This document shows, in pieces, positions 6,913 through 18,349 of a DNA stretch of 51,613 nt. The translations under genes were made by a program, and so were the position numbers. Numbering within the stretch: the stretch's first letter is position 1; each line of letters begins with the position of its first letter. Below the pieces are notes generated by a model that was not told the DNA's origin, made no database searches, and worked only from the letters and a program-made list of their open reading frames with translations. The DNA is from a virus (Duplodnaviria; Caudoviricetes): IMG/VR virus record IMGVR_UViG_3300011971_000139, positions 1-51,613 of that record. One strand, 5' to 3'.

Positions 6913-7280
6913 TTGGAAATTAGACAAAATGACATTATTCCCTTGGGATTGGAAAATTCGTGCGCTCCGATAAGATCATTGCGTTGGAGCCAATCGAAGA
7001 AAACCGAGGTCCCGGACGGAGAACGCGTGTGTATGTAGAACAAATAAGTACTCCCCTAATTGCTTCACGTACCGAAACAGCGGTTTTAGCCAATATAGTG
7101 GAAACCCCCAAAGAAGTTATGGAAGCGACTGCTGCCCTAGAACTTTTACATGATATCCATGATAATATTCATCAGATTGGTCCTATGCTTCGAAAAAGCA
7201 TCAGAAAAGAAGCCCAACTTGATTTGGATAAAATAGAAAGACGAATTGAAGAAATTCTAAAACATGAGATTGAGTTTTAA
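6913..7280 (+). pseudogene. RemA/DUF370-like protein with a C-terminal extension, frameshifted by a 1-nt deletion at 6949-6950
   Basis: TTG start with GGAG gives MEIRQNDIIPLG[tt]GKFVRSDKIIALEP...GRRTRVYV...LIASRT, resembling the RemA pattern GFGN.V...RII...GRRTR. Confidence 0.6.
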
Positions 7281-7319
7281 GCCAACCTGATGTCTTGGAA
7301 AATATGCGAACAATCAAAC

Positions 7320-7355
7320 AAAAAAAGCCCTCCACCAATTAAGGCGAGGGCTTTC
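7320..7355. terminator. Bidirectional terminator ending the late operon
   Basis: AAAAAAAGCCCTC...GAGGGCTTT lies between convergent genes. Confidence 0.75.
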
Positions 7356-7366
7356 ATCATGTCTAT

Positions 7367-7777
7367 TTATGCAGATTGTTGAACCGGATCGGCTGCCGGT
7401 ATTGAAACAGGGGTAACAGCTGGCACAACAGGATCGGGAACCAAAGTTACACTCAATTTACCTATTTCTTGTTTCATAATAGTTTTAATTAAATCAATGA
7501 TGGATTCCATAGGAAGGTTTTTACCGAAGCCCGTCTTTTCTATTTCAGCCTGAATAATACTAGACACTGAATTAGTAAAGTCCTCAACAGGGAAGGTTGC
7601 AACCTTCTGCTGCTTGGCATCTACAAAGCCCTGGCCAAGGATATAACTCGCCGTCAGCCCCACCAGGTACAAAACGTCAGCCGATGGGATTCCCAGCGTG
7701 AAAATGAAGTTAGCCACTACTAGGAGAGCTGTGAGGATAAAGGCCCATAGTTTACGAGATTTGAGTTTTTCTGACAT
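7367..7777 (-). CDS. Holin-like membrane protein
   Basis: SRKLW motif and 2 TM segments, directly after the endolysin. Confidence 0.7.
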   Translation of the reverse strand: MSEKLKSRKLWAFILTALLVVANFIFTLGIPSADVLYLVGLTASYILGQGFVDAKQQKVATFPVEDFTNSVSSIIQAEIEKTGFGKNLPMESIIDLIKTIMKQEIGKLSVTLVPDPVVPAVTPVSIPAADPVQQSA

Positions 7778-7857
7778 GATAAATTCCTTCTTTCTTTTTT
7801 TGGGCAAAATTATAAGCAGGTCATTGCCTGCTAAAACCTACTTAACATTGAGGGAGC

Positions 7858-8856
7858 TTAAAGTCCTCCAGAATAATTGACATACCCACTCTTAGTGTCG
7901 GCGCCTTTGTCCGTATCGTACACAACATGATATCTACTACCGCTCTTATAGAGAAGGGTTGCAGTTTCGTGAGGATTCAAGCTTCCCAGCTTGCTATCGC
8001 TGTTACTGCCGACATAGACTGTTTCTGAAGTTTTTCCATTGTGCCACGCGCCATGATGATCGTATTGGATACAACCTGCTTTGTTATTAACAAAGCCATT
8101 TCGTACGCCTGACGGGGTAGGATACTCAACGAAGGTTAACTGCTTGGTGAAGCCCACGTCTAGAACTGTGATTCTGTCTCCCTTGTCTACTTGCCTACCC
8201 GCGATTACTGTTCCATTTGCGTCACGAATGAGCAAGTCATCGTTCACGCATTTTGCATTGTTAGGATAGGTGAAGTTGAGTGCAACAACGGGAGGTGCAG
8301 GAGCCGGTTCATGCTGTTGGGGAGCAGATCCTCGTGAAGGTTCGGGCGCCTTCAGGATGGTTACAGGTCCTCCTTTTAAGTCATTAAACAGTCTATCCCA
8401 GGGAAACCCTGTTCCTGGGCAATTTGCTTTCTTAACTGAATCAATCCGATAATGTCCAATAATGTGATCGGTATCAATCGGTATGTTATATTTTTGAGTC
8501 AGTTCCTTATGGAGAAACAAGGTAGCTTGGTATTGTGCTTCCGTCAGTTCGTCACCGGTCATTCCTTCGTGTTCGATACTTATGGTGTAAAGATTAGGAT
8601 TCGTTCCATCGTAAATCTTCCAATTAGGCTTTGCTACAATGCCATTCGCCCACGCCTTATCCCCCTCTTTGACTAGCTGAATGATTCTTCCTAGCTTTGT
8701 TACAACGTAATTAGATGATGCCTTAGACACGGGATTCTGCAACCAATACATACATCCAGGGAAGGCTCCCTGGGTTATATGATCAACTATGGCAATAATT
8801 TTTCTTCCTTCCCTGCTGCTGAAATTGGGTGATGGGTTCCATTCCTCAACTGGCAT
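7858..8856 (-). CDS. Endolysin: N-acetylmuramoyl-L-alanine amidase (Amidase_2) with C-terminal SH3-like cell-wall-binding repeats
   Basis: IVDHIT...ASSNYVV...AWANG...NLYTISIEHEG...IIGHYRI...CPG. Confidence 0.93.
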   Translation of the reverse strand: MPVEEWNPSPNFSSREGRKIIAIVDHITQGAFPGCMYWLQNPVSKASSNYVVTKLGRIIQLVKEGDKAWANGIVAKPNWKIYDGTNPNLYTISIEHEGMTGDELTEAQYQATLFLHKELTQKYNIPIDTDHIIGHYRIDSVKKANCPGTGFPWDRLFNDLKGGPVTILKAPEPSRGSAPQQHEPAPAPPVVALNFTYPNNAKCVNDDLLIRDANGTVIAGRQVDKGDRITVLDVGFTKQLTFVEYPTPSGVRNGFVNNKAGCIQYDHHGAWHNGKTSETVYVGSNSDSKLGSLNPHETATLLYKSGSRYHVVYDTDKGADTKSGYVNYSGGL

Positions 8857-8872
8857 ATTACTTCCCTCCCGT

Positions 8873-9238
8873 TTATAAATGGCTCATGACAAACACGGTT
8901 AGCCCTACGCATAGGCTAGTAAGCCCGCCCATAATTATAGCTACGGCCCACGTAGGTCTACCTAACGCCATGTCGTCCAGTTTAGCGTACATTTTCTCGA
9001 ACTTCGGGTCTAAGCTGTCCATTTTACGGTTCATTTCTGCTTCGAAGGCAGCTTGAGTCTCCTTAAGTATCGTCAGTTTAGTCTGCAATACGGCGATTTC
9101 AGTAAGCGCCACATTACCCTCTTTAGCGATCACTAACGCGGCGGCTTGCGCTGCTTGAGATACTGCAAGGGCTGTAGCAGTGGCAGCTTGTGCTACAATA
9201 CGGGCTGTGATTTGTTCCTGGGTTTCTACTTCTGCCAT
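8873..9238 (-). CDS. XhlA-like coiled-coil protein with a C-terminal TM (lysis cassette)
   Basis: Coiled coil followed by RPTWAVAIIMGGLTSLCVGLTVFV, upstream of the endolysin. Confidence 0.65.
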   Translation of the reverse strand: MAEVETQEQITARIVAQAATATALAVSQAAQAAALVIAKEGNVALTEIAVLQTKLTILKETQAAFEAEMNRKMDSLDPKFEKMYAKLDDMALGRPTWAVAIIMGGLTSLCVGLTVFVMSHL

Positions 9239-9242
9239 CCTT

Positions 9243-9341
9243 CTACTTCCTTCCATACGCTTTAATTCCTTTCGTGCTACGTATAATGCCGTATAAAATC
9301 ATCATGATGCCAATAGGTGGATCACGCTCTGAAATATTCAT
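9243..9341 (-). CDS. Small hypothetical peptide (32 aa), possibly a remnant
   Basis: AGGAGAGGAG RBS, then MNISERDPPIGIMMILYGIIRSTKGIKAYGRK*. Confidence 0.35.
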   Translation of the reverse strand: MNISERDPPIGIMMILYGIIRSTKGIKAYGRK

Positions 9342-9479
9342 AGCTCCTCTCCTTTCGGGCATAAGAAAAACGCCCCGAAGGACGTTACTGAGCTTTGATA
9401 ATCGCAAGCGCTTGCTAATTTGAGATAAAGGAGGGCAAAAGAAAAAAGACTATTTCTAGTCCAACCTTGCCCTATGAAA

Positions 9480-9629
9480 CTAAACTATTGGTACAATCTT
9501 GTCTTGAAAACCATCGGCTACTAATATTGCATCGACTGTATCCTTCAATGGTAAGTATCTTGCAATTCTAAAAACAGCTAAGTAGTCCAATCTTCCTTCT
9601 TCGATTCCGTGTGCTAAATATAAAGCCAT
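9480..9629 (-). CDS. Small (49 aa) tail-region protein; absent from the ORF track
   Basis: GGAGGTGG RBS, then MALYLAHGIEEGRLDYLAVF...VDAILVADGFQDKIVPIV*. Confidence 0.75.
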   Translation of the reverse strand: MALYLAHGIEEGRLDYLAVFRIARYLPLKDTVDAILVADGFQDKIVPIV

Positions 9630-9654
9630 ATTTTCCACCTCCCTTCAACTCCTT

Positions 9655-9933
9655 TCAAAAGTTCATTAGGATGAAATCAATTGCGCCTTTGGTTTCTGTG
9701 AGTTGTTCTCGTAAAGATTCTACTTCTGTTTTAGGGAGTACCATGTTCTTGATAACGTTAATATCAACCTGAGTCATACCTTCTATCCATGAAGTTCCAT
9801 CCCATTTTGGTAAGTAAAATCCTTCTTTTGGTCTAACATCAATACAATTAGCAGGAATTACTGCACCTATTTCTAAAATTATTTCCCCAATAAAAAATCC
9901 ATTTGTATCTATACTTGCTACTAATCTAGACAT
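9655..9933 (-). CDS. Tail fibre-associated or chaperone-like protein
   Basis: GFYLPKWDGTSWIEG motif, directly after the tail spike gene. Confidence 0.7.
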   Translation of the reverse strand: MSRLVASIDTNGFFIGEIILEIGAVIPANCIDVRPKEGFYLPKWDGTSWIEGMTQVDINVIKNMVLPKTEVESLREQLTETKGAIDFILMNF

Positions 9934-9947
9934 TTCTAACACCCTCC

Positions 9948-12900
9948 TTACTGTTCTGCCTTGAATATTACGTTACTAAGCGAAACCCATACGTTACTAC
10001 CTCTATCAAGCCAAACATCACCACTAGGATAAACCTCTGATTGACCATATGCGTTATTAGAAGCAGTTCCAATATGGAGTATATCTAGTGGTCTATAGCC
10101 TACAGGAAGAGTGAATACAGAAGTATTCATTGTCCCATTCTTAACTAGCCCTTTTAAATGTACAAAACCTGATGAATCTTTCATATACTGGCATGTGGCT
10201 AAGCCTGAACCATAGTTTACCCAACCATTGAGCATTGTTGGAGTAAGCCAATCTTGTTGTTTGCTATGGTTGAATCCTATTTCACCATTAATGTGTGACC
10301 ACAAATCATCAAGTGGGTCAAACTTACCTGCTACGCCACCTTGTACCAGTTGAACCCCATCAACATAAATCCAGTTAGCGTCATAACCTTCAACATAAAT
10401 CCTTGCTCCATTAGTAGATGCAGGAACAGTAATACTTGCACCACTTCTTTGCCATGATGTAGTAGAAGCATAATCAAGTACAACAGAAGCACCAGTTAAG
10501 GTTAAATTATTAGCCCATTGAACAACTATTCTAATTTTCGATGATGATGTAGAACGGAAATTCATAAGACTTAAAGTTCCAATTAACTGACGATGTGAAG
10601 CTGATATAAAGTAAGTCTGTCCAGTAACTAAATCAACACCTTGAGATATATAGTTAGTAGAGTTTACACACATCATGCTACTACCATTTGACGCTTCTGA
10701 CTTAGTAAATGCTTGTCTATTGGTAGACCAATATGGAGCTGTTGCGGACCCTTCTGTATAACCACTCCATGCATGAGTACTCCACCCATACCAACCACCA
10801 AAGAGGTTTGGATTAAAATCAAAATACGTTAAATTAGGTGGATTTTGAAGAATATCAAGAGCATTTTTATCATAGTTTAAAATACCTTCAAACGAACCAT
10901 CAGCCAATAGGTTTGGTATTGAATACACAGTTGTTTTTAATTTTTGCGTCCCCGGCTCTACGATGTAATAAGAACCACCATCTACCACTAAGCCAGTAGC
11001 ATCAAATGTTACTTTCGCGGCATTTATCGCATTGAAAGCGATCTGCACATCAGTAGCACTTTGCTGGATAGTTGACTTGACTCCAGCCACATCTACTTTT
11101 GTGCTTATCTGCCCTGCTTGAACTGTTATTGAGGCTTCTGCTGTGGTCATTCGGGTAGTTACGCCAGTGACGTTAGAGTTTGTAGTATCAAGAGAGGTTT
11201 GGGCAGCTTTTAAAGTGATCTGTCCTGCCTGAGTTACAATTGTAGCTTCTGCCGTAGTAACTCTGGTTGTTAAGGGAACTACAGTATTGGTATTTAATAA
11301 GTTTACTTTCGCCTGTGAGCCTACCATATTTTCTACTTGTTCCCATGTACCCCAAGCACTAACAGATGTACTAACTCTTTTAAATACCCCGTCTGAGCTT
11401 TTAAATTCCTGTGTTACGCTTCCTCCACTAGCATCTGTCCAAGGAATAGATGTGGTTAGCGTTCCATATGTTGCTGCACCACTAACACCAATCGTTACTC
11501 TAGACTTAAACTCACTCTTTATTTGTGTTGGATAGTTGGTATAATACCATGATGGTAGTTGATTATCATTTCTTGTATCTGGTAATGTTTTATATACATT
11601 TATGCTAGTATTAATATCCGTCTGCGTAACCTTGGTAGTAATCTGTCCTGCCTGAGTCACGATGCTGGCTTCTGCCGTGGTAACTCTGGTTGTTAAGGCT
11701 GTTGCATTTGTATTTGCAAGATTTGCTGCTGTTTGAGCTGTAGCGGCATTTGTTACTCCTAGATTAGCTTGCGTTTGAGCGGTTGCCGCATTGGCAGTTC
11801 CTGTATTTGCCTGAGTCTGAGCTGTATTAGCCAACGTCCGAGCCTGGGCTGCAATCGCATTTAACAGGTCTGTCCTGGCATTGTAGTAGTCCTTCCATTT
11901 AGTGTCCCATGTAGCTCTGACAATTCCTGTTGTCGCAATGGTCATACTCGTGAACAGAGTCAAAGTAGTATTCAGGTATGTGTTCAGGGCTGAATATGAG
12001 GTATCAAAAGCGGTGTCTGCTACCCCAAAAAGAGTTGCTTGAACTGGTATTTTACCAGTTGTAGCTGTACCCTCAACGACTATCAAATCCCACTCTCTTT
12101 TGAGGGATATCTTCTCGTCGGGTGTTATAACCGAATCTAATGCCAAATTATCTGTATAAGCCTTTGCTGTATTCGCAGTAGTTTGAGCACCATTAGCGGC
12201 AGTCTGAGCGGTAGCGGCATTGGTAGTAGCGGTATTAGCTTGTGTTTGAGCTGTAGCGGCATTTGTTACTCCGAGAGTCGCCTGAGTCTGAGCTAGAGCT
12301 GCGTTGGTTACTCCGAGGTTGGCCTGAGTTTGAGCAGTAGTCACATTGCCATTCGTGGTATCTAGGCTAGTCTGACTTGCCTTTAATGTGATTGAGTTAG
12401 TATTTTGGACTATGGTTGTTTCTGCGGTGGAGATTCGAGTAGTCGCTAGATCTAGTTGGGATTGCACATCTTCGGGAGCAGGAGTCCAGTCTGTGGCTTT
12501 GTTGCCACTTTCAAGTTTATAGTTTCTATAATCTAGTTGCAATAAAGCACAAGTAAATCCACCTACTCTCATCGGATTAACGGTATACGTGAAGGTATAA
12601 TTAATTCTAGTCCAAATGTTAGCAGGGACAGAAGTCATACCTAAATTACTAATAAATCCAACACTTGTTATAGAAGTAACTCTTACATCTGCACTAATAG
12701 TATACTTATTACCTATAATACAATTCGAGTTCATATAAGCATAAATAGGATTTTCATAAACTGAAATACTTGAGCCCGTGGCGATAATTCTCCAATATGG
12801 AATAGTTTCATCTGTCTTTTTTGTAGCCGTTCCAAGCCCCGTATTATTAGGATTAGTTTGTATATTTTGACTGTCTAGTATTAAATTCCTTCCACCTATT

Positions 12901-15900
12901 TGAATAGCATTAACGGAATTATTAACATCCGTCTGTGTAACCTTTAAAGCTATTTGATTAGCTTGAACTACAAGGCTACTTTCTGCTGTAGATACTCTGG
13001 TTGTTAATGCAGGTACAGTTGTATTATTTAAAGTGTTGGCTGTACCATTGGCGGTATTAGCAGTTCCTTGTGCAGTTAAAGCATTTGTAACACCTAAATT
13101 AGCTTGCGTTTGTGCGGTTGCCACATTAGAATTTGTTGTATCCAATGAAGTTTGACTTGCTTTCAAAGTTATTGAGTTAGTGGTTTTGGGTTATGGTTGT
13201 TTCTGCGGTGGAGATTCGAGTAGTCGCAGAATCTATTTGAGATTGCACATTTCCCGAAACTGAATCAAATGTAATATTAGCGTCACACCATGCTTTAGTA
13301 GGTTCATTGCCAGCACCAAACACAGCAGTTAAATCGATAACTACAAAATTGTCAACTTGTGTTTCAGTCCATGCACTCGTCCTTGCATCTTGTACCTTTA
13401 CATATAAAGCGGTTGCGACAGCAGAAATAGTCTGAATGCCAGACAACCTTTCAAATAAATTACTACCTGAATGAGTTACTACTAATTGAAAAATCCCATC
13501 ATTAAGCGCTAGGTAGTTAGTTGTTACATTTGTTTTAACATCTGCTGCAACATATAACTTGTGTCCCTTATAGTTCGCATAGTTGGGGATAGTTTGTGTT
13601 GCACCGGCATATTGAGCTGTTACGGTATAAATGCAAATGCCAGCAGTAACGGTGAATGCAGCACCTGTCCATCCTGTTGTTCCGTTGCTAAAGTTACCGT
13701 TAGTAACTATATTTCTGCCGTTAACATTTGCATTAATGCTATTATCTATATCCGTCTGCACATCCTCAGGCGCAGGAGTCCAATCTGTGGCTTTGTCTCC
13801 GATTTCAACTTTAATAGTCTTAAACCAGTATTCAACACCTGAAACAGACGGGTAAAAATAAAGATCGACTGCCAATGTTGAGATTCTACTTACTACAGCT
13901 GAACCTGTATAGTACCCCCATGTAGTACCTATAGATGGTAAAATAATAGTATCTAAGACAGTACTGCCGTCATTGAGAGCGAAGTTTAATGAAGTTACTG
14001 CAGTAGCTTTAGCAAAGAAGGATATTTTAACTTTATCTCCAACTTTGTAGTCTTGAACTATAGACAAATAATTTGCCTGATATATATATTGAGCGTTGAC
14101 ATGGAGAACATTTCCGTAAATGGGGTCAGCTACTATTTCCTTTACTACCGTTGTACCCAATACACCACTTGGTATATAATCCAATCTACTATGACGTAAT
14201 AAATTCCTTCCGCCAATTTGTAGGGCATTTATGCTAGTATCCACCTGTGTCTGCGTAACCTTGGTAGTAATCTGTCCTTGCAATACGCTTATGCTACTAC
14301 TTTGAGTGCTTAGAGAGGTATTTATGGTGCTTATGCTACCATCTAAGTTAGTCATTTTAGTGTTATATGTGGTGTTATCAACCTTTAAGACTATCGAATT
14401 ATTCAAGGCTGTGATTGAAGATCCTTGGCTTGCTATAGTTGTACCCTGAGCACCCACCGTTGTATTAATAGCTGAAAATTGAACATCCAAGGTAGAATTA
14501 TTCAGGAATACTTTGGAGCCTTGAATTGTGGTTGTACCTCCGTTAATAGAAGTTACCACAGAAGCAATGTCTAGCTTTGTCCCTGAGATATTAGCATCAG
14601 TACCTATCTTGGCATTATTAATAGATCCATCCGTAATGCCTTCTCTTTTTACACCTGTTTCATCTAAAAGGACTGTTGTCCCATCTGCACCTCGTACCCT
14701 AAACCCATATGTAGTTCCATCACCATTTACATCACCAAGACTTACTCTTTCATAAAGTGTAGTAGTCCCTGCAAAAACTTGAAGTCTATTCCCAGTGATT
14801 TTAAGTCTTCCATTTGCTCCTTGAATAGTTACAACCGAAGTGTCAACCGTTCCCGCAATGAGTTTAGAAGCTGAAAGACTAAGAATTTGAGCAGACCCAA
14901 TAGCACCATCGGCAATGATGGCTGATCCTGCTTGAATTGCTCCTGCTTGAATGTTACTTGCTCCAATGTTTCCAGCCAATAAAGTGTTTATGGTAGCTAC
15001 GTTAGTTGTTAAACTCGTTATATTTGCATTTGCGGCTGTTAGATTTACTATCGTTGCATAGGTCGCAGATAAATTATTAACGCTTGCTATGTCGATTGTT
15101 GCATTGTCAATTATGCCGTTTGTGATATGGGCTGTGGTCGTTTCAAGCGTGGTAATCCTGGCGGTACTTGCATTCAACTGCGTGATCGTAGCGCTATTTA
15201 CCTCAAGTGTTCCTATTCTACCCGTTGCGGCGGTGAGATCAGTTACGTTTGCTTTGCTTGCTGTAAGGATCGTGATATTTGCATTGGTAGCATCTAGCTG
15301 AGTGATAGTAGCTTTGGTTGCAATTAAAGTACCCATATTAGCTAGGGTAACACTTAGATCTCCAACATTAGCCGTGGGAATGTAGGCGTTTGTAAGATCT
15401 CCCGATACGCCAGAAGCCACGATAGATCCTGTGGTATCCGTTGCCACTCCCACTATGTCTGCAGCGTCAGACAACTTTAAAATAATGTCCTCCAGCCGTG
15501 CAATGCGATTGGCAATTTGGATAGTAGACCGTTCCGGTTCTTCTGGGTATCGGTCGATTTTAACAATGCGCTGCTGTTCTCGGACTCCTTGGCTCTCACT
15601 CAAAAGTGTTATAAAATCTCCCAAAGCAAAGTCGAGTATCCCCCACTCAGGGGAAACATTGGCAAGGTCAATTATGCTTGCCGAATAAGCGCGAGTGGGC
15701 TTTGACAGGTAGGCTAGGCGCTCTATGGCATCATCCTTTAACCCCTGAGCAACGGTATAACGGTTGTCCACCCAGTATCCTGTTATCACCTTGTTGCTGT
15801 ACTGATAATTAGATACGTAGTTAACTCCTCCGTTGACAGACGTGATATCAAGCCCGTCCTTGCCAATAGGGATCAGCCGTGTAATGTAACCGTTTGAGTT

Positions 15901-16461
15901 ACCTTGCGACTGCAACTGTTTAAGATTTAGCTGTTCGGCAAAGTATACCCCTCTGTCAGCCCCTTGTTTTTGGTGGATATTGACGGTTTTTGAAACAGCG
16001 TTATAGGTGATTTCACATGTATAGGATTTTGCAATTTCTGACAGTACATCATACACTGAACACTGCGATTTTTTAACAGTGCGCAGTTTTGTTACGTCGC
16101 TATATCCAACTGTCCACCCAGTACCGGCAAGAGCAAGGTTTGCCGCATCCTCAGCCTTTTGCTCGACCGTTACAAAGGACGATACTGGATAACCCTTGAG
16201 GTCTTCAAGGTTAATTTTACAGACAATTTGCGCCCACTCTATGCCATTATCCGCACCCTGGATGTTTATTTCCTTGACAATGTACTCGTTACTGCCGCCG
16301 CGGATGTAGCACTCAAAGGCGATTTGAGCATACTGAGAGTCAGCAATTGGGTACGAAAAGTAGAGCAGGCTGTCAATATTGACGACCTGCTCAATGTGAT
16401 AGTCCTTGTAATTTGTCAAGGCGCTTATTTTGTTATGGTTGGTATCGTATAGGATTAACAT
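9948..16461 (-). pseudogene. Large modular tail spike/Tal-type receptor-binding protein (~2170 aa if joined), split by a 1-nt insertion at 13182-13183 into ORFs 13177-16461 and 9948-13166
   Basis: It has an N-terminal minor-structural-protein region (ITRLIPIGKDGL), coiled-coil repeats and CBM-like modules. The junction CAA AAC C ACT AAC TCA ATA has one extra base relative to the paralogous repeat CAA AAT ACT AAC TCA ATC at 12391-12410. Confidence 0.85.
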
Positions 16462-16486
16462 TTAAGCGCCCCCCTCCCTTTGCAAA

Positions 16487-16867
16487 TCAGTCCTCAATCA
16501 TATAATCGATCAACATTAAGTCAGCCGCCGTCATACTGTACCCGTTTAACGCTTCGATGGAAAACTTATGGATATCAATATCATTTTCGATTGCAAGCAG
16601 TTCTTTTATGTCTTTATTCCAGTCGTCCAGGTTCTCTTTTTGTATCGTAATTTGGTTGTTTTCATCTGCCATAGTTTTGCCTTGCTCATCTTTTTGGCTG
16701 TATTTTTGGATTAATTTTTCTCGTTCTGTATTATAGGTTTTTAGTTCCGCTTCTAACTTCGCTAGGTTTTTTGCTATGGCATAACTGGCTTTGATGGGTA
16801 GCTCTTTTTGAGCTATTTGTGCTAATTTTGTGGAGTCGTTCAGTATCTTTTCATTGCTTAATTTCAT
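16487..16867 (-). CDS. DUF1617-like tail-region protein
   Basis: ELPIKASYAIAKNLAKLE...EREKLIQKY pattern, located in the tail module. Confidence 0.7.
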   Translation of the reverse strand: MKLSNEKILNDSTKLAQIAQKELPIKASYAIAKNLAKLEAELKTYNTEREKLIQKYSQKDEQGKTMADENNQITIQKENLDDWNKDIKELLAIENDIDIHKFSIEALNGYSMTAADLMLIDYMIED

Positions 16868-16887
16868 TCAGATCATTCCTTTCAAAA

Positions 16888-17130
16888 TTAAAATATTACG
16901 TAACCTAGTTCTGTAGCTCTTGCGGATACTGCGCTCATAAACTCATCATACTGCGCTTTTACGGCCACTGCGTTTGCTATGACTAAGGCCTTGTTGGTTG
17001 TGCTCATAACAATATTAAAATTTTGGTTTCCCGTGTCCAGGGTGGCGTTTAGATAAGCTACTTGGACCTCGTTACCATTCGCGTCTTTTACAGTTACTTG
17101 AGCATTAAGATTCGTCGTTTCGTTAATCAT
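16888..17130 (-). CDS. Hypothetical tail-region protein
   Basis: 80-aa ORF with AAGGA RBS, inside the operon. Confidence 0.7.
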   Translation of the reverse strand: MINETTNLNAQVTVKDANGNEVQVAYLNATLDTGNQNFNIVMSTTNKALVIANAVAVKAQYDEFMSAVSARATELGYVIF

Positions 17131-17149
17131 TGTTTTTTCCTTCTTTCTT

Positions 17150-18349
17150 TTAAATAAATTTTGGCTTATAACTCACTGTGATCACACAATTTGTACTGCT
17201 TACGCCTACCATATTCTCTCCCGGTTGCAACACTGGGAATGCCCACATATCGGCATCCGCGAATTTATTAACGATACCTGGCGCGCCTGCATCTCGCGCA
17301 TAGTAACAGTTTAATCCCTCAACCTGAGACCCAATGGTCGGGTTAATACCCCATACCCCGTCAGCACCATAGTGCTGTATCCAGATAATCTCGATAACAT
17401 TCCATCCGGCAATTAGATTCATTGTCGCTGAGGCAGCGCCGTTGTTTTCATCCGCATGATAATCGTGGCTGTAAACAAGCGCTCCGTTAAGATAGATGCT
17501 CGCACCATCATCGTGATAAAAATTAAAGGATACAGCCTTGGGATTTGTAACATAGACCGCAGTTTTGAGGTGCCCTAGATAATCATAGCCAAGATTTTTA
17601 GCTAACTGTGCGGCATCTAATACGAGTTGCTGTGCGTACGATGACCCCGCGGGAATAGTGCCGTATGTCGGCGCGATGTGTATATCCGTGTCATCCGGAT
17701 TCGCAAAGCTCGCCATGTTGTATTTCCTGAAATTCCATTTGTTCAAGCCGGCAGCCACGGTCAAAGTCGTGTCAATATCCGCCTCTGTAACAGTGCATTT
17801 CTCTCCATCGATAACGACTGGTGTGTTGGCATGGAGATTACTGACTGTAATCGGATTTTTACTCAATCCCGTTAATGTTACCGATATCGTGTCAATCGAC
17901 GGTGTGATGGTTACTACTGCGGGGGTGGGTAGATTTCCAGGAATGGTTATTGTTTTCGCGGTAATGTTATTCATTGTTTCGGTGATTGCAGGCTTGTAGG
18001 CATATCCTGATTTCAATTCGACATCAAGTGTATAAAACCCATTCGTTAGTTTTTCATTTGATTTACTAGCTATAGTGCAATCATAATAAAAATCTATATC
18101 ATCAAACTTTATAGTACATTTTTCAAGCTGTTTGACTAGATTACTAATGTTGTTTAATGCCCCATTGTCGTCAACATCCGAAATTACGAGTTGTATATTT
18201 AATTTTTTAAACCGTTCATGCCTGCCTAAGAAAAGAGGGTTCAAGGCATTTCTTAACCAATCATCATACGTTATGACATCCGCGGGCTGTATGTCTTTTA
18301 TTGCCAATAATGCCTTAAAACTAGCTATATCGATGTTATTGATTAACAT
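17150..18349 (-). CDS. Distal tail protein (Dit) with an inserted PA14/CBM-like domain
   Basis: Follows the tape measure gene and has a Dit-type C-terminus (NKF.D.DMW.FP.L.PGEN). The insert contains HDDGASIYLNG. Confidence 0.8.
   Translation of the reverse strand: MLINNIDIASFKALLAIKDIQPADVITYDDWLRNALNPLFLGRHERFKKLNIQLVISDVDDNGALNNISNLVKQLEKCTIKFDDIDFYYDCTIASKSNEKLTNGFYTLDVELKSGYAYKPAITETMNNITAKTITIPGNLPTPAVVTITPSIDTISVTLTGLSKNPITVSNLHANTPVVIDGEKCTVTEADIDTTLTVAAGLNKWNFRKYNMASFANPDDTDIHIAPTYGTIPAGSSYAQQLVLDAAQLAKNLGYDYLGHLKTAVYVTNPKAVSFNFYHDDGASIYLNGALVYSHDYHADENNGAASATMNLIAGWNVIEIIWIQHYGADGVWGINPTIGSQVEGLNCYYARDAGAPGIVNKFADADMWAFPVLQPGENMVGVSSTNCVITVSYKPKFI

Noticed and set aside
13177-13190. 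Tail spike split as a programmed frameshift
   Set aside because: The paralogous repeat shows one extra base, and no convincing shift signal is present. Mutation or assembly error is simpler.
11600-14300. Repeats in the tail gene as a CRISPR array or a DGR template/variable repeat pair
   Set aside because: The repeats are in-frame coding and irregularly spaced. Mismatches are not adenine-specific by eye, and no reverse transcriptase lies in the window.
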